Positions 1 to 12,737 of a stretch of DNA of 64,000 nucleotides are shown here, in pieces. The position numbers and the translations under genes are program-made. The notes under the pieces are model-generated. The model was not told where the DNA came from, searched no databases, and saw only the letters and a program-made list of their open reading frames with translations. The stretch covers positions 68,758,001 to 68,822,000 of the forward strand of contig NC_091987.1 in NCBI RefSeq assembly GCF_044704955.1, in the 5' to 3' direction. The stretch's first letter is position 1. Every line of letters starts with the position of its first letter. The stretch is from Pristiophorus japonicus (lineage: Eukaryota).

Positions 1-478
1 CCAGCATCGAAGCACTGACCACACTCGACCAGCTCCATTGGGTGGGCCACATAGTTCACATGCCTGGCACAAGACTCCCAAAGCAAGCGCTCTGCTCGGA
101 ACTCTTACACGGCAAGCGATCCTCAGGTGGACAGAGGAAACATTTCAAGTACACCCTCAGAGCCTCCTTGATAAAATGCAACATCCCCACCGACATCTGG
201 TAGTTCCTGGCCAAAGACTGCCCAAAGTGGAGGAAGAGCATCCAGGAGGGCGCTGAGCACCTCGAGTCTCGTCACTGAGAGCATGCAGAAAGCAAGCGCA
301 GACAGTGGCAGGAGCGTGCGGGAAAACCAGAATCCCCACCCACCCTTTCCTTCAATGACTGTCCCACCTGTGACAGAGACTGTAATTCCCGTATTGGACT
401 ATTCAGTCACCTAAGAACTCACTTTTAGAGTGGAAGCAAGTCTTCCTCAATTTCGAGGGACTGCCTATGATGATGATA
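1..478 (+). mobile_element. RTE-clade LINE, 3' end
   Basis: SIEALTTLDQLHWVGHIVHMP..RLPKQ is the RTE post-RT motif. Ends gagggactgcctat(gat)n. Confidence 0.85.
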
Positions 479-1049
479 ATTGTGTAGAGCCAAGGACCAA
501 TTTACTGAACTCGCCTTAGTGCTTACTCCTGATAAGTTCATAAAATATCAATAGAAAATGACCAGCGTTAAGCAGAATGATTCATGCCATTGTGTAAAGT
601 GGGGACTTTTAGGAGAGGTGTGAACATGTTATGGGTTGATTTGCTTATTATCCATCTCCTCTCTCCCTTTGAGTAAGGGCCTCGCCTCTGCTGGTTTTGT
701 CCCTCCCGGTGACGAGGTCTGTAGCCACATCCGAGTACTTCATGCATAATGCAGCATGTTGGTGCAACAGGGTGGTGCACTACTGCTCATCTCTATCCTG
801 ATTTAATGATGTGTCATCTCTATCCCAATGAATTTTACTCCAGGCAGTACTAAGTTGTTGTAATTTGTTAGGGTCTGGTGAGGAAAGTAATCTTTACATT
901 TTGTTTAATAATGAATTGAGATATGTATATTATATATTGTAATGAGCATAGACATTTTTATAATTTGCAGATCTGCAGTGACATTGCACATGGCCCGTTA
1001 AACCTCGATAGCAACTGATTTTCTTTCTCATTTATTCTCTTTATTCTCA

Positions 1050-1470
1050 GCAGTTTTGTCTCTGAGTCAGAAGTTTGTGGGTTCACGCCCAGACTTTGAC
1101 AATGCAGCACTCGCTGAGTACTGCACTAGAGATGCAGAAATTATTTTAACCTGACGGCACCAGATCAGTCACTCATTTTCCACTCCGCCCGATTTTACTT
1201 TCCATTGACTTTGGGCTAGGTGTAAAACGAGCAGCTAATCCAATCCTTTCATATTCCTGCTGGGTGGCTTAGGTTAAAATTACCTTCGCTGTCTTTCAGA
1301 TGTTTAAACCAAAGCCTAGTCAGCCTATTCGGGTAGACATAAAAGATCCCATGGAGCTATTTGAAGAAGAGACTGGAGCTAATTCAGTGTCCTGGCCAAA
1401 GTTCATCCCTCAACCGCCAGATCATTCATTTCATTTACCTTGGGACCTTGCTTTGAGCAAGAGACTGCCA
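1050..1470 (+). mobile_element. Degraded DeuSINE (SacSINE1-like) with a small MITE inserted at ~1139-1284
   Basis: tctgagtcagaag head and aaagatcccatgg..gaagaagag..gtgtcctggccaa Deu core. The insert is bounded by attttaacct/aggttaaaat. Confidence 0.6.
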
Positions 1471-1477
1471 CGTTTAT

Positions 1478-1885
1478 TTACAACAACAACTTGGATTTAT
1501 ATAGCGCCTTTAACATATTAAAATGTCCTAAGGTGCTGTGCAGCAGCGTTATCAAACAAAATTTGACACTGAGTCGTGTAAGGAGATATTCGAGCGGTTC
1601 AAAGAGGTTGGTTTTTAAGGAGCGTCTAAAAAGCAGGAAAGAGCGGTAGAGAAGTGGAGAGGTTTAGGGATATATTCCAGAGCTTAGGGCCTTGGCAGCT
1701 GAAGGCATGGCCACCAATGGTGGAACGATTGAAATCGGGGATGCTCAAGAGGCTGGAATTAGAGGAGCGCAGATATCTGAGGGTTGGAGGGCTGGAGGAG
1801 ATTAGGGAGGGGCGAGGCCATAGAGGGATTTGGAAACAAGGAGGCCGGCCAGGAGTGCGTTGGAATAGTCAAGTCTAGAGGCATG
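1478..1885 (-). mobile_element. L2 LINE 3' fragment
   Basis: Minus strand reads SRLDYSNA and AFSCQGPKLWN, followed by an aaaggcgctatataaat tail. Confidence 0.7.
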
Positions 1886-2149
1886 AATGAGTAACAAAAC
1901 AATGACTGCACTTCAGGCCAAGAGCACGTCACAGTGAAATGGTTGCGGGATGAGACAGGAATAAGTTGAGACTAAGGGCTTTTATAATGGGATGGGAATC
2001 CATTGGTGAGTAGGAGATAGGCTGTGGAGAAGTAGTACAGAAACTGTGCTTTTTATTTAACTGAAATGTAAGCTTAGACTTTAACTTGTGCCATTGCAAG
2101 CCAGTTGGCAATTATCTATCAAGTCGACTGCAAGTTGGTCACCACTGGC

Positions 2150-2430
2150 CAGATGTTAATTAGATACTCTCATTTGGGGGGGCTATTGATACAGTATTAA
2201 ATGTAAGAGCTTTAGATCAGAAGGCAGTAGAAACTTGTTTACACAGAAGCTGTGGGATTCACTTTTAGGGCTATGATTGAGGCAAAAACATGTCCACATT
2301 CTGGATTAGATTGAGTAGATGAATGAAAGGAAATGGAAACAGGGTGGTAAATGTGACGAGGATTATTTCCTTGCTTGGTAGATAAATGCCAACATAGACA
2401 GATTAGGCCGAATGGCCTGTTTCCATGCTT
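2150..2430 (+). mobile_element. Old CR1 3' fragment
   Basis: Degenerate WNSL-like region and ggccgaatggcctgtttcc 3' hairpin. Confidence 0.45.
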
Positions 2431-3549
2431 TAAATTCTATATAAAATTAATTCATCGGCTGTGAAGCACTTTGGGATGTCCTGAAGAAATGAAAGGCACG
2501 ATATAAATTCAAGTTTGTTTCTTCTTTCTTTCCTCCCTCAACAGATCCCCGAGATGATCGCTCTCCCTTTCCCTTTTCCATCTGGGAATAGTTCTGAAAC
2601 TGGCTGTTGATTCACCGGTACATACATTGGTGCTTTTCAATGTTTTGGGGGGCCAAGTCCCATCATTTTAATCTTTTTTTCAACCAAAAATGTTTCCTGG
2701 ATTCTTGCACCAATCTGAGCATGGATAATGGTCTATAATATCTCTCTCGCCCTTTATTTCTGTTTCCCTCAGTCTCTCGCTCTCTCCACTTCCACTTTTT
2801 GATCTTTTTCTTTTACTTCTGTTTTATTCTGAGATTTCTTCTTTCTGTAGTCCTTAACCACAACCAACAGAGAAATTCCAGGCTAAACATAATAGGAGGA
2901 AACTTTATGAATAAGAACAAAGGATTAAAGAAAATGCTGAATAAAATTATCAAAGCAAACTGGAGTTGGCAAAAATTAAATGTAAATAAGGCTGCATATT
3001 TTTCCAAAATTTGTATTGCTTTTTATATTTCCTGCCGACCATTCCTATTTTCCTGATTTTCACTTTTTTTTCTTTTGGCATTTCATAAACTAAATTTAAA
3101 TGAAAGATGTTCAATTTATTTGGAGCTGTAAATACTGCATCTGCTGAAAAATAGAGAGACTTGACCAAGTAAGAAGAGCATTGACAGGAATGTTTTTTGG
3201 CGAATAAGCAGATTCAATGCACACAATAATCAGAATTAATATCATTATAAAGATATAAACACACATTGAAAATTATTCAACATTTCTTGATAACAATCCT
3301 TCATCCAATTGCACTAAGCTTTGAGCATTATTGGAAATGAGTGACTTGAAATTTCACCTGGTGAAATCGGGTATTATGTGAACAGCAAGATCTAATCCAT
3401 TCCTGAGTGGGATATAAAGGCTGAATATGATCCAGGGAGGAATAGGGCTACTGTCCATTTCTAGCCATGCTGGATGCCTACCAATGACCACAACTTGAAA
3501 GACAAACAGGATCTTGGCAGCTCACTTTCAATTTAAGTTTAAAATAATT

Positions 3550-5740
3550 AAATGGTTCCCCTGATGATGTTCTATGTTTGTCCAGTGAGCAGCTGTGCCA
3601 CACAGGCCAGGCTGGTGCTGTGAGCTGATCTTTGTTGGGCAGCAGTGAGGGGCTTGGATAACCCTCCTTGGAGTGCCACACGTTCTAAGATGGCCTGCAT
3701 GTTGCGTAGTTGTGCTGCACATGCTGTTAAGTGAACTCTATCTGCAGCATCCTCTCTGGCAAGGCTCCCAGAGCTTGCACAGTGCTTCAAGTTTTGGAAA
3801 TGAAGGTGCCGAAGTTGCCCACCGCCGGAAATGCGGTGCACCTATCCTGCTTCATTGTTTTTTTGGGGGGGTTTTCCAGCGGACCGGAAGTCGGTCACAA
3901 TGGGGGCGGATGTGCGGCAGTGAGCGGAAGTTTGCACACTAGAGGGGCGGAAGTTGGGCGCAGGGTGGAGTGTCCGCCGCTGTCATTCATCAGCATAGCT
4001 GATGATGTCATCACGGTGCCGCGTCACAATGTCTCTCCCTGTCACATAAAGGAGAGAGACACTGCGATTCTTTCGGTTAGGTCCATTGGGCCACCAGGGG
4101 GGGGTTTCGGCCGGGCCAGTGGCCTGGCACCCAAGAGGGGGTGCCAGGTTGCCTGTTGGCGGCCCGGCTGAACCTGGGGCATAATTGTCGGCCTGATATG
4201 GCAGTCGGCCGACAAAAAAGAAAAGATGGCGACCGCGGCAGTAGCTCCTCCCCTTTAATGATAGTCGCACCATCATTTTGCAAGCACTCCAAACACACTG
4301 CACCTGCAGAAAAAGCTGCTAGTGGCACCGAGCTGCAGCAGCAAGATTTTCTCGACTGAATTTGCGATCGGAGGAGGGTGAAGGAGGAGTGGGGGGGGGA
4401 CACCGGCGGTGTGCGCTCTGATGACACACTTAAAACGGAGCGGTAGTGAGGGGAACGGGTCACCGCCAGGATACCACAGGAGCGGAATTTTCAAAATGGC
4501 GGCCATTTCACGAAAAATCGGTGGCCATTGCACTCCGCAGTGTGGCCGCCGATTTCCGGCAGTAGCAGGCCTTAAAGCAAGGTGTCATTTTGGCCCCAAA
4601 AGCTGGACTCATGAAATTCTGATCTTCATGCTCTTCAGCCAAGAGGCTATACAACCTGGCCTTCCTTCTGGCAATGTTGTCTTCCTTGTGCCTGCAGCTG
4701 TTCTCCTGCTCAATCAAGTTCTCGTCTCCCAGTGCACTGCTGTCTGTCTCACTCACTAACCCCCTTGGGGTAGACATGTCTGAGTTTGGATGGATATAAT
4801 GAGTGAAAGTGCAAGCTCAAAAATGCTGACAAGGCCATATGTGTTGGGACTTGTATGCCCTTTCTCACAACATTAATAGGAAGAAAAGAAATTGCAAGGC
4901 TGCAATGGTTTTTTGATGAACAGAGTTAATATGCAACTTACAATAGAAGCAGTAACCTGAGGCTCTTATGACATGGTTTGCTGACTGTTAAGGTGAGCTG
5001 AGAAGGAAGAGAAGCAGATATTTATCATGAATCTGTAGCTGACTTATCCCTTACTTCCCAGTCTCTGACACCCAGTATGAGTTCCCTTGTCCGGAATTGC
5101 TGCATTTTTTGCTCTTGGGATATTATACGGTTGGTTTGGGGTTGCAACCTGTCGCAGCTCTCTCAAGCATTGTGGGCTGTCTTCATCTTGGGAAAAAAAT
5201 GTAAAAGGTCAGAATTCTCCTTTATTCCTATGGCATGCAGTAAAACACAGGTGCCATCATTCAGCCAGTCGTGGGTTTGAAGACTGGTGCACGCAACAAT
5301 TACATTCGATCCGAGGCTTTTTCAGGGTGAATGTATGTAAGGCTGTGAGTGAAGGAGCATTTGCAGGTTACGGCTGGGGTTGTCACTTGCACTGTTTAGC
5401 CTCAAGGGCATTGATAATTTATGAAAGCACTTAATACAGTGAGGTGGAGAAATCATTGTAAGTGATAGACATGCTTATTACAATGTGTTCTTGGAAAGTG
5501 CTGGTGGCTTCTCTTACCCTGGCTGACGTCCTAAAATCATTAAACTTCTTCTGGAAAGGCCTGGCTGAGCAGCAGGTTGTGGGGTTGACATACACTGTAC
5601 TTCCAATATCCTAACATTGCCTGTGGGAAGCTAACCCTGCAGTATTGCCTACATCTGCCTAACTTCCTGTAACAGTATTTCCACCGTTCCAACAGAGAAC
5701 CTAGGGGATCTTTGCCCTCCTGAAAATCTGGCAACTATTC
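3550..5740 (-). mobile_element. Highly decayed Gypsy/Ty3 gag-pro-pol remnant, split by the MITE at 3805-4597
   Basis: Frameshifted patches in the expected order: PDFQEGKD..ERW, IGSTVY..NLL..P..KKFND, AKQCK, KKCSNSGQG (Zn-knuckle-like), RAYKSQHI, ALGALP. Confidence 0.35.
3805..4597. mobile_element. GC-rich non-autonomous TIR element (PIF/Harbinger-like MITE)
   Basis: Ends ggtgccgaagttgccc ... gtgtcattttggcccc. CpG-rich against an AT-rich background. Related sequence at 58195-58255 and 62371-64000. Confidence 0.65.
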
Positions 5741-6737
5741 TGCAATGGCAAACCTTTATTTGGACAGACACAGTAATGATGATCCCAGCCCTTTTAGCTG
5801 CTGCAACCTTTAAATCCAACAGCAGCATTCTATTTCCTGCCCTGACAAAAAAAAGGTGTTTCTGATGCTAGACCTTGTCTGAAATATTTTACTGACGCTA
5901 ACTTTGGAAATTATGCCAGGGCCAACAAGCATCTCTTTGGGCGGATGGATTTTCGCCCCATACGACTTCCAGTTGAACACATGGGCAATTGGAAAATCCA
6001 GGCTGGAATGTCTGTTACACGAAAATGTTGCATAGCAGTTAAACCACATTCAATCAACCATGTGTCGTTGGAATTTGGAAACCGATTTAGATGTTTGGTG
6101 ATTTGCATTTTTCTTGAGCAAATTAAGCCAACTGCAGTTGAAGTTAAAATGAAAAGTCACCAAAATCACTGGCAAATATGCGTGACTCTCCATGGCAGTG
6201 ATTTCTTGGGAAGGGAAAATGAGAAAGTTTCAAGATTGCAGCTGTGCATAACTCAATAAATACATGAATATGTAGTGTTTTACTGCAGTGATATATCAGG
6301 ATTATCATCAGCAATTGAAAATGATGTGTGACTCTCTGGAGTACTAATGCAATCTAATTGGTTAGGCAGTGTCTGATGCATTCTGCTGTGTTATTTGTGG
6401 ACAAAGGTGTTTGTGTTGTACATATAATATGAATGAAAGAATTAAAGATCATAATCTGTGATACCAGATCTTTTTTTTTAATTCACCGAACTGTGTTTTA
6501 TTTAATACAAGGTTTAGTAGTGTTCCTGAAAAAATCAAATAAATGGAGGGAACAAATATTAGACTAAAATGGGCCATTTCATTTTCTGTAACTAAATCAC
6601 TGTCATTTTAAATCCCTTTATATACATCTGCTTCACTTCTCATCCTATTATGCTTTGTATTTACTATCGTTACTACAGATTTTGTCCTGAGTAGAATAAG
6701 AGCTCCAATTCACTCTGTAAATGCAGTGTTTCTATTT

Positions 6738-7150
6738 GGATGGCTCCTTGCTGACAAATTCTACTCATTCTTTCCGTGGCTCATGAGGTAGCTCCACAGG
6801 ACTCTCAATGCTGCAGAAGAGAGATATAGCGAAGCTCACATGAGTACAAGAATTCCCATTGAGCAAGCATAGTAATGCTCAAAGAAAGGTTCAGATGCCT
6901 GGATAGGTCATAGGAGTCCCTTCAGTACGCTGCTCGCGTGGTATCACTAATTTTGATACCTGTTGTGTCCTGCAACATTTTGCAATCCAAAAAGGCATTC
7001 AATTTGTCATGCTAGAGGAAGATTGAAATGCAGATTGTAACCCCATGGTGAGTGAATATCAGATATAGGAAGAGGACGCAGATGAACCAACAGCCAAAGC
7101 GACTGGAGGGATATAACTGTGGTTTATTCAGGACTCCTTCACTAAAGCAT
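6738..7150 (+). pseudogene. Harbinger (HARBI1-like) DDE transposase C-terminal remnant
   Basis: GWLLADKFY..PWLM*..AEERYSEAHMSTRIPIEQA / MLKERFRCLDRS*ESLQY / CCVLQHFA, with stops and frameshifts. Confidence 0.85.
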
Positions 7151-7802
7151 AAAGTACTCTTGTCAACACACACTTCCATAAAAAGGCCTTTATATTAATT
7201 CCATCTAAAACTCCTTGAATGTGGAAGTTAGTGGTGAACACAAACCCACTAAATTAGTAACAGTACAAAGTATAAGTTTATTATTTCCCTAGATTCAGGA
7301 AACAACAGCATGAATCATTCACCAAACAGATGAAGCAATGTAAAATATTTATACTGACTCTTCACTGAACAAACCTCTGGTGAATTTTCCATTTTCCCTC
7401 TGACATATTCTAATACTGCAACCTGAGGAACAGGGACCTTGGGTGTGGATGGTGCCTCAGAAAGGTCATGAGCCTCTTGGAACAACGGGTGACCTTTCAC
7501 TCCGGGCTGCAGAGTTCTGAGATAGTCCGCAATGGGCTGTGCATTAGATATCGGCTCAGCCAGAGCCTGGTTTTGCTCTCGCTTGTGAAGGATTGTGGGG
7601 GGATTTTCTTGAGATCTCTGTTGTGCTGCTGTCCTGATGGAAAGCTCCTCCTCAATGTAATCTGCAGCTCTCCCACCTGAACTAAGAACAGAATACAGGT
7701 GCCCCTGCCCTGTGGGGAAAACTGACATGATCAAACCCTGAGAGCGATGCTACTGGTTATCCTGAAATCCGTCTGTGATGCAGCTTTGAATAGTTCAGAG
7801 TC

Positions 7803-7969
7803 CATTAATCATTGCTATCTCCATATGGTCCCCTAAAGTCTGAAGGCCAGTAACTAATCCTTCCACTTGGAAGACATTGGCTGACCAGGATGCTAAATAA
7901 TTTAGGGTCAAAGATGCAGATGTTGCTGGTGCTGCCATTCTCTGCAGCAAGCACTGCATTGAAGTAAAG
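7803..7969 (+). repeat. ~165 bp direct repeat, copy 1
   Basis: Near-identical to 9979-10145 (ctccatatggtccc..ggccagtaactaatccttccacttggaagacattggctgaccag..gcactgcattgaa). Confidence 0.9.
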
Positions 7970-8211
7970 TCCACTCAAATGGTGCTTTATGGTATGGCAT
8001 GGGCCTCATTGCCATGCCTATCAATGGCTGCATGTCTGAGAGGCTGTGCAGTGCCTCCAAATGTGTCTGATGTTCCATGACCAATCTTCATTTCATGGCA
8101 GGATTCCTTGAGATCATCATCCACATGCTTGGCAGTGACGTTTTTTTGGCCTCCACTCAGTAATATCGGTGTGTACCTCCATACATTCAGCCTCTGGATT
8201 CCTTGTGCTCT

Positions 8212-9754
8212 AATTAATGACTTGGATGAAGGGGCCGACTGAAATGTAGCCAAGTTTGCTGATGATACAAAGATGGGTGGGAAAGAAAATTGTGAGGAGG
8301 ACACAAAGAATCTGCAAAGGGATTTAGACATGCTAAATGGGTGGGCAAACATGTGGCAGATGGAGTATAATATGGGAAAGTGTGAGGTTATCCACGTTGG
8401 CACGAAAAATAAAAAAGCAAATTATTATTTAAATGGAGAGAGATTACAAAATGCTGCAGTATAGAGGGACCAGGGTGTCTTTGTGCATGATATACAAAAT
8501 GTTAGTATCATCATCATCATCATGGGCAAAACGAGGATGACTTGCTTCCACGCCAAAAAGGAATGAGTTGTCAGGTGTTTCAATGAAGGACCTAATATTC
8601 CAGATCCCGAACTACATCTTGGAGGGTGGAAGATGCCTGTGCTTGGATTTTTTTAACGTGTGGTGGCCGTTGCACACCAGCCACCACACGGGCTTGACAG
8701 AGCTAGGTCTTGGTCTAGTGGCAAGGATTAACCAAGACGACTGGAGACCAGCTCTGCTGCACGGACTGAGCATGCACACATATAGTAATGTGGACTGGCC
8801 CATGCTGCCCCGGGCCCTCGCCTCTTCTGGGCCCCGGACTCACGTCTCTCCTGGGCCCCGGTCACTTCCTTCTACAATCTCTCGCCGCTCCTTCACCCCT
8901 CCTGCTGTGCCTGTCCCACTGCAATCAGCGACCTGACTTCGCAGCCGTCGTCCTCCTGCAGTGGTATGCCACCGCACGCTGCTCCCTCTGATGGCCCCGG
9001 CCTGCTGATGGTCTTGCAGGCCGGGACCATACCGATTTCCGGGCCGGGCCGGGCTGGGCTGCCCCATGCTGCTCCCTCTAATGCAGCCTTTCAATCACAG
9101 TAAATCCTCTTCAATTTACACAGGTACAGCAAGTAATCAGGAAGGTGAATGGAATGTTGGCCTTTATTGCAGGGGGGGCGGGGGATGGAGTATAAAAGTA
9201 GGGAAGTCCTGCTACAACAGTACAGGGTATTGGTGAGGCCACACCTAGAGTACTGCGTACAGTTTTGGTCTACTTATTTACTAGGTTGATTTCTGAGATG
9301 AAGGGTTTGACTTATGAAGAAAGGTTGAGCAGGTTGGGCTTAAACTCATTGGTGTTTAGAAGAATGAGAAGTGATCTTATTGAAACATATAAGATACTGA
9401 GGGGGCTCGACAAGGTGGATGCAGAGAAGATGTTTCCACTCATCTAGAACTAGGGGGCATAGTTTCAGAATAAGAGGTCGCCCATTTAGAACTGAGATGA
9501 GGAGGAATTTCTTCTCTCTGAGGGTTGTAAATCTGTGGAGTTCTCTGCCCCAGAGAGCTGTGGAGGCTGGGTCATTGAATATATCTAAGGTGGAGATAAC
9601 CAGAATTTTGAACAATAAGGTAGTGAAGGATTATAGGGAGCGGGCAGGGAAGTGGAGCTGAGCCCAAGAACAGACCAGCCATGATCTTATTAAATGGCAG
9701 AGCAGGCTCGAGGAGCCAAATGGCCTACTCCTGCTCCTATTTCTTATGTTCTTA
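8212..9754 (+). mobile_element. 5'-truncated CR1 LINE, interrupted at 8507-9120
   Basis: KFADDTK, WQMEYN..KCEVIH and LWSSLP motifs; tail tatttcttatgttctta. Confidence 0.9.
8507..9120 (-). mobile_element. Non-autonomous RTE-tailed element
   Basis: (atc)n followed by gaggatgacttgcttccac, the RTE 3' end. Body matches 25891-26455. Confidence 0.75.
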
Positions 9755-9978
9755 GCCCAGTGACATTTCCTCATCTACAGTATTTTGCTGATTCCCAGTC
9801 ACTTTAACTGGGCTGGTGTGATTGAAAGTGACGGGGTGAGCGAGAGCCTAAGGCCAACTGTAGAAGGCCTGGAATCGCTTTCTCTACTGCATCACTTGTT
9901 GCGTCTTTGCTTCATGATTCTGAAGAAACAAAAAGAGCTTTTGTTGCCAGATTTCTGCTGTCCCTTACTGCTATCCGT

Positions 9979-10145
9979 CATTAGTCATTGCTCACTCCAT
10001 ATGGTCCCCCAAAGTCTGACGGCCAGTAACTAATCCTTCCACTTGGAAGACATTGGCTGACCAGAATGCTAAATAATTTAGGGTCAAAGATGCAGATGTC
10101 ACTGGTGCTGCCACTCTCTCCAGCAAGCACTGCATTGAAATAAAG
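9979..10145 (+). repeat. ~165 bp direct repeat, copy 2
   Basis: Matches 7803-7969. Confidence 0.9.
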
Positions 10146-10241
10146 CCTTTCAGTTACAATTTCTCTTCATGCTCGCTTCTATTTCCATAATTAGCACCTC
10201 CAATATAATAATTCATCATCACAAACTGACAGTGAACTCAC

Positions 10242-10378
10242 AGCTCCAGGTTTTCTAGCTGGAGAGGAGTTACTCCCAGGATAGCTGTGACTGTTTCTTG
10301 TAACTGGGTCAATTGCTTGGTGTATGAGAGACCTCCACCTGTGGCCTGCTGCTCTGTGGCATTGTGTGCCAACTTTTC
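10242..10378 (-). pseudogene. Harbinger ORF2 second exon
   Basis: Acceptor tttgcag, then EKLAHNATEQQATGGG..LTQLQETVTAILG, then donor gtgagt. KLAHN..TGGG is the typical post-SANT motif. Confidence 0.7.
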
Positions 10379-10715
10379 CTGCAAACGGAATTCATAAATG
10401 TGAAATAGCAGCAGCACTCTTTGATGTTTTTCTCATTTGGCTGCCAATTTGTAGTGAAATAGAAGGATGTATTTAGATGTTTGTACATTGGAAATGAGCT
10501 TCAATGGACTAGCATGATTGCAAGATGTGAGTGAATGTTAAATGAAGGGGTCACTAACAGACAAGCTCACTTGTACATGGAACAATATGTGTTCTTTGAA
10601 ACCCCAACAATGCTGAACCTCAACACTGAGCACAGAGAGTGATGAATTTTCTCTGAGGGCATCAGCAAGTTGTCCCGAGTACTTAGTCAGCAGGTCACGT
10701 TCACTTGCTGCCTTG

Positions 10716-11392
10716 TGTCGAAATCTCGACCTCCGAAAAGAATGACTCCGACACTTACAGCTCCGGTAGAAGATTCCTTTTTAATTTACTTGCTCGCAAG
10801 GGGTAGGTTTCACTCAGTCAAGGGCTAAATGAACACCTCCGAAATGGTTCAGTTTAACAAGATATTTATACAGTAAAACCAAAGTTCTGGCCTCTCCCTG
10901 TGTATTGCTCTGTCTCACAGTCAGTGAATACAGATAAAGAGTTAATTACTATATCCTGGTCCTGACATGGTGTCCAGATATTTCCTTTTGTCAGGGTTAT
11001 CAGAAAGCCAAACGGCCATTACTCCATGAGTCATAGGTAATGGGCTATCACCTGTCTTGTATTGTGTCAGGATTGTTTCAATTTCCTGGTCAGTTTATCT
11101 GTTTGCTTCAAATGGATGAGGTCTTGGAAAGAGATAATGGTCAGAAGATAAGGGTGGGGTGACATGGAACTCCTGTAGTGTAGACAATAGGAGAGCACCA
11201 TGGGGGTTACTTGTCTCAGCATGACTTGTCTCCTAGCTGTCTGATGGCCATCAGCCATCTAACAGCAGGTTTAGCTGTTTATGCAAGCTGACTGCTAAAA
11301 TGCAGAAAGTTCTGGAAGGGCCAGGACTCCATTTTAATCAAAAGGCACACAAATACCGTATGGTATCAGCTTCGATAAAAATACTTTCCACA
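10716..11392 (-). mobile_element. Solo LTR (ERV or Gypsy type), 677 bp
   Basis: TGT...ACA termini, 4-bp TSD CTTG (10712-10715 and 11393-11396). Minus-strand TATAAATA at 10863-10870 and ATTAAA at 10780-10785. Confidence 0.85.
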
Positions 11393-11615
11393 CTTGGTGA
11401 GGTAATTAAGTGTCTTCCTATATTGTGGGGGCAGTGTTATGGGGTTGCTGTTGATTGCCTTGCCACCTCCTTCCACATGACACAAGCATTGGCAAGTCTC
11501 TTGCCTCCTGAAGCAAGATTCCATCCCTCTTCTGCCTTATTTCGGTCAGCACTACCTCCACACTGTAGTCTGCAAAGTTTGAAACCCTCCTCTTTGCTCT
11601 CTTGTCAGGTGCCAT
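11393..11615 (-). pseudogene. Harbinger ORF2 Myb/SANT-like DNA-binding exon (continues at ~10705-10715 past the LTR)
   Basis: KRRVSNFADYSVEVVLTEIRQKRDGIL / WKEVA / AINSNP..QYRKTLNYLTK|AA, an MSANTD4/NAIF1-type motif. Confidence 0.75.
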
Positions 11616-12737
11616 CTTCTTCTCCCCTCCAGGAATCTAGTCCCTTTAACCATATGCAGATTATTTTTAAATCCTGCTCTGGGTCTGCTCCTGACTTGTT
11701 TCACCCTCCCCTTCACCTTTCCCTTACCCCGCCCTACCTCCCACCACCCCACCATCCCAGCCCTCCCCGGGACCTCTGACAAGGGCAACATTCTGTGGTA
11801 CTAGCAGCAGATGTCCCGCCACACTGCATTTCCACCAGCGGAGCAGGGACAACCACATTTCAGGCCCTGTGTCTTGAGTTGTGCAGAGACCAGTTTTTGT
11901 TATGTAAGGTAAAGAACTTGTAATTACAGGTCTGTCACTGGTATAGTTAGTTGATGGAACAAATTGAGGTAGTGAATTTAGTATCATGCAAAAAAAAGTA
12001 TAACATAACTGAAGCTTCTTACCTTAAATGCAATATATCTTCTAACATATTAGTATGAATATAGTTGGACTTTGGACAGCAAGATGTTCTGGAACGCTAC
12101 TATGGAGGTAAGGAAGTTAATGCTCGTTTTTTAGACTTGGTTATTGGAGTTACAGCATGGGATATGAGTGCACGAATGCTTCACTGATTTGTCTGAAATT
12201 CCTCTCTCTCTAATTTTAGAAAATATATTAATGCCTCTGCTAATAGAGGTTCGGAACAATACATTCATAGATTAATAGCCACGCTGTAATTCTACAACTA
12301 GGAATACAAAATGAGCCACATGCTATTGCTAAAGCAGCTCTGTGAGGTGATTTTCCTCGTGGGCAATGGAAACCTCCATCTCTTCCCCATTTTCCTTTTT
12401 GTTTTTCTCATTCGCCTTTGATATCCAGCTGCAACATTGCTTTAACCTTAAAGAGCTGTATTAAGCTGTGAACATCTCCATGATGAGGATCAATGATGCC
12501 TTGTAACCAGCATCCAGGGGTTGAGGATTAAGCATATTTTACAGTTGTGAGACAGGTAGTTCCTGCTGTTTCCCCAAGTCTGCATAGAGTACAGGTACCA
12601 GTATTGCTCATCCAAGAAATTAGTAACCTTTATCAAATGATTAGGTGTCAACCTCTCAACCACTCTTAGATGAACTTAACTGTTTTAAATACATTTTTGT
12701 GATGTCTGCCCCTATTGATCATTTTTGTCTCTTACAG

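Larger units (their letters stand above)
6735..11867. mobile_element. Decayed autonomous Harbinger transposon with convergent transposase and Myb/SANT genes
   Basis: HARBI1-type transposase remnant on +, Myb/SANT exons on -. Possible right TIR ccacatttcaggccc ends at 11867. Left end not found. Confidence 0.75.

Noticed and set aside
1-12737. IGSF3 signal or D1 exon
   Set aside because: No GPLYR/YECHTP-like sequence found; probably upstream of the window.
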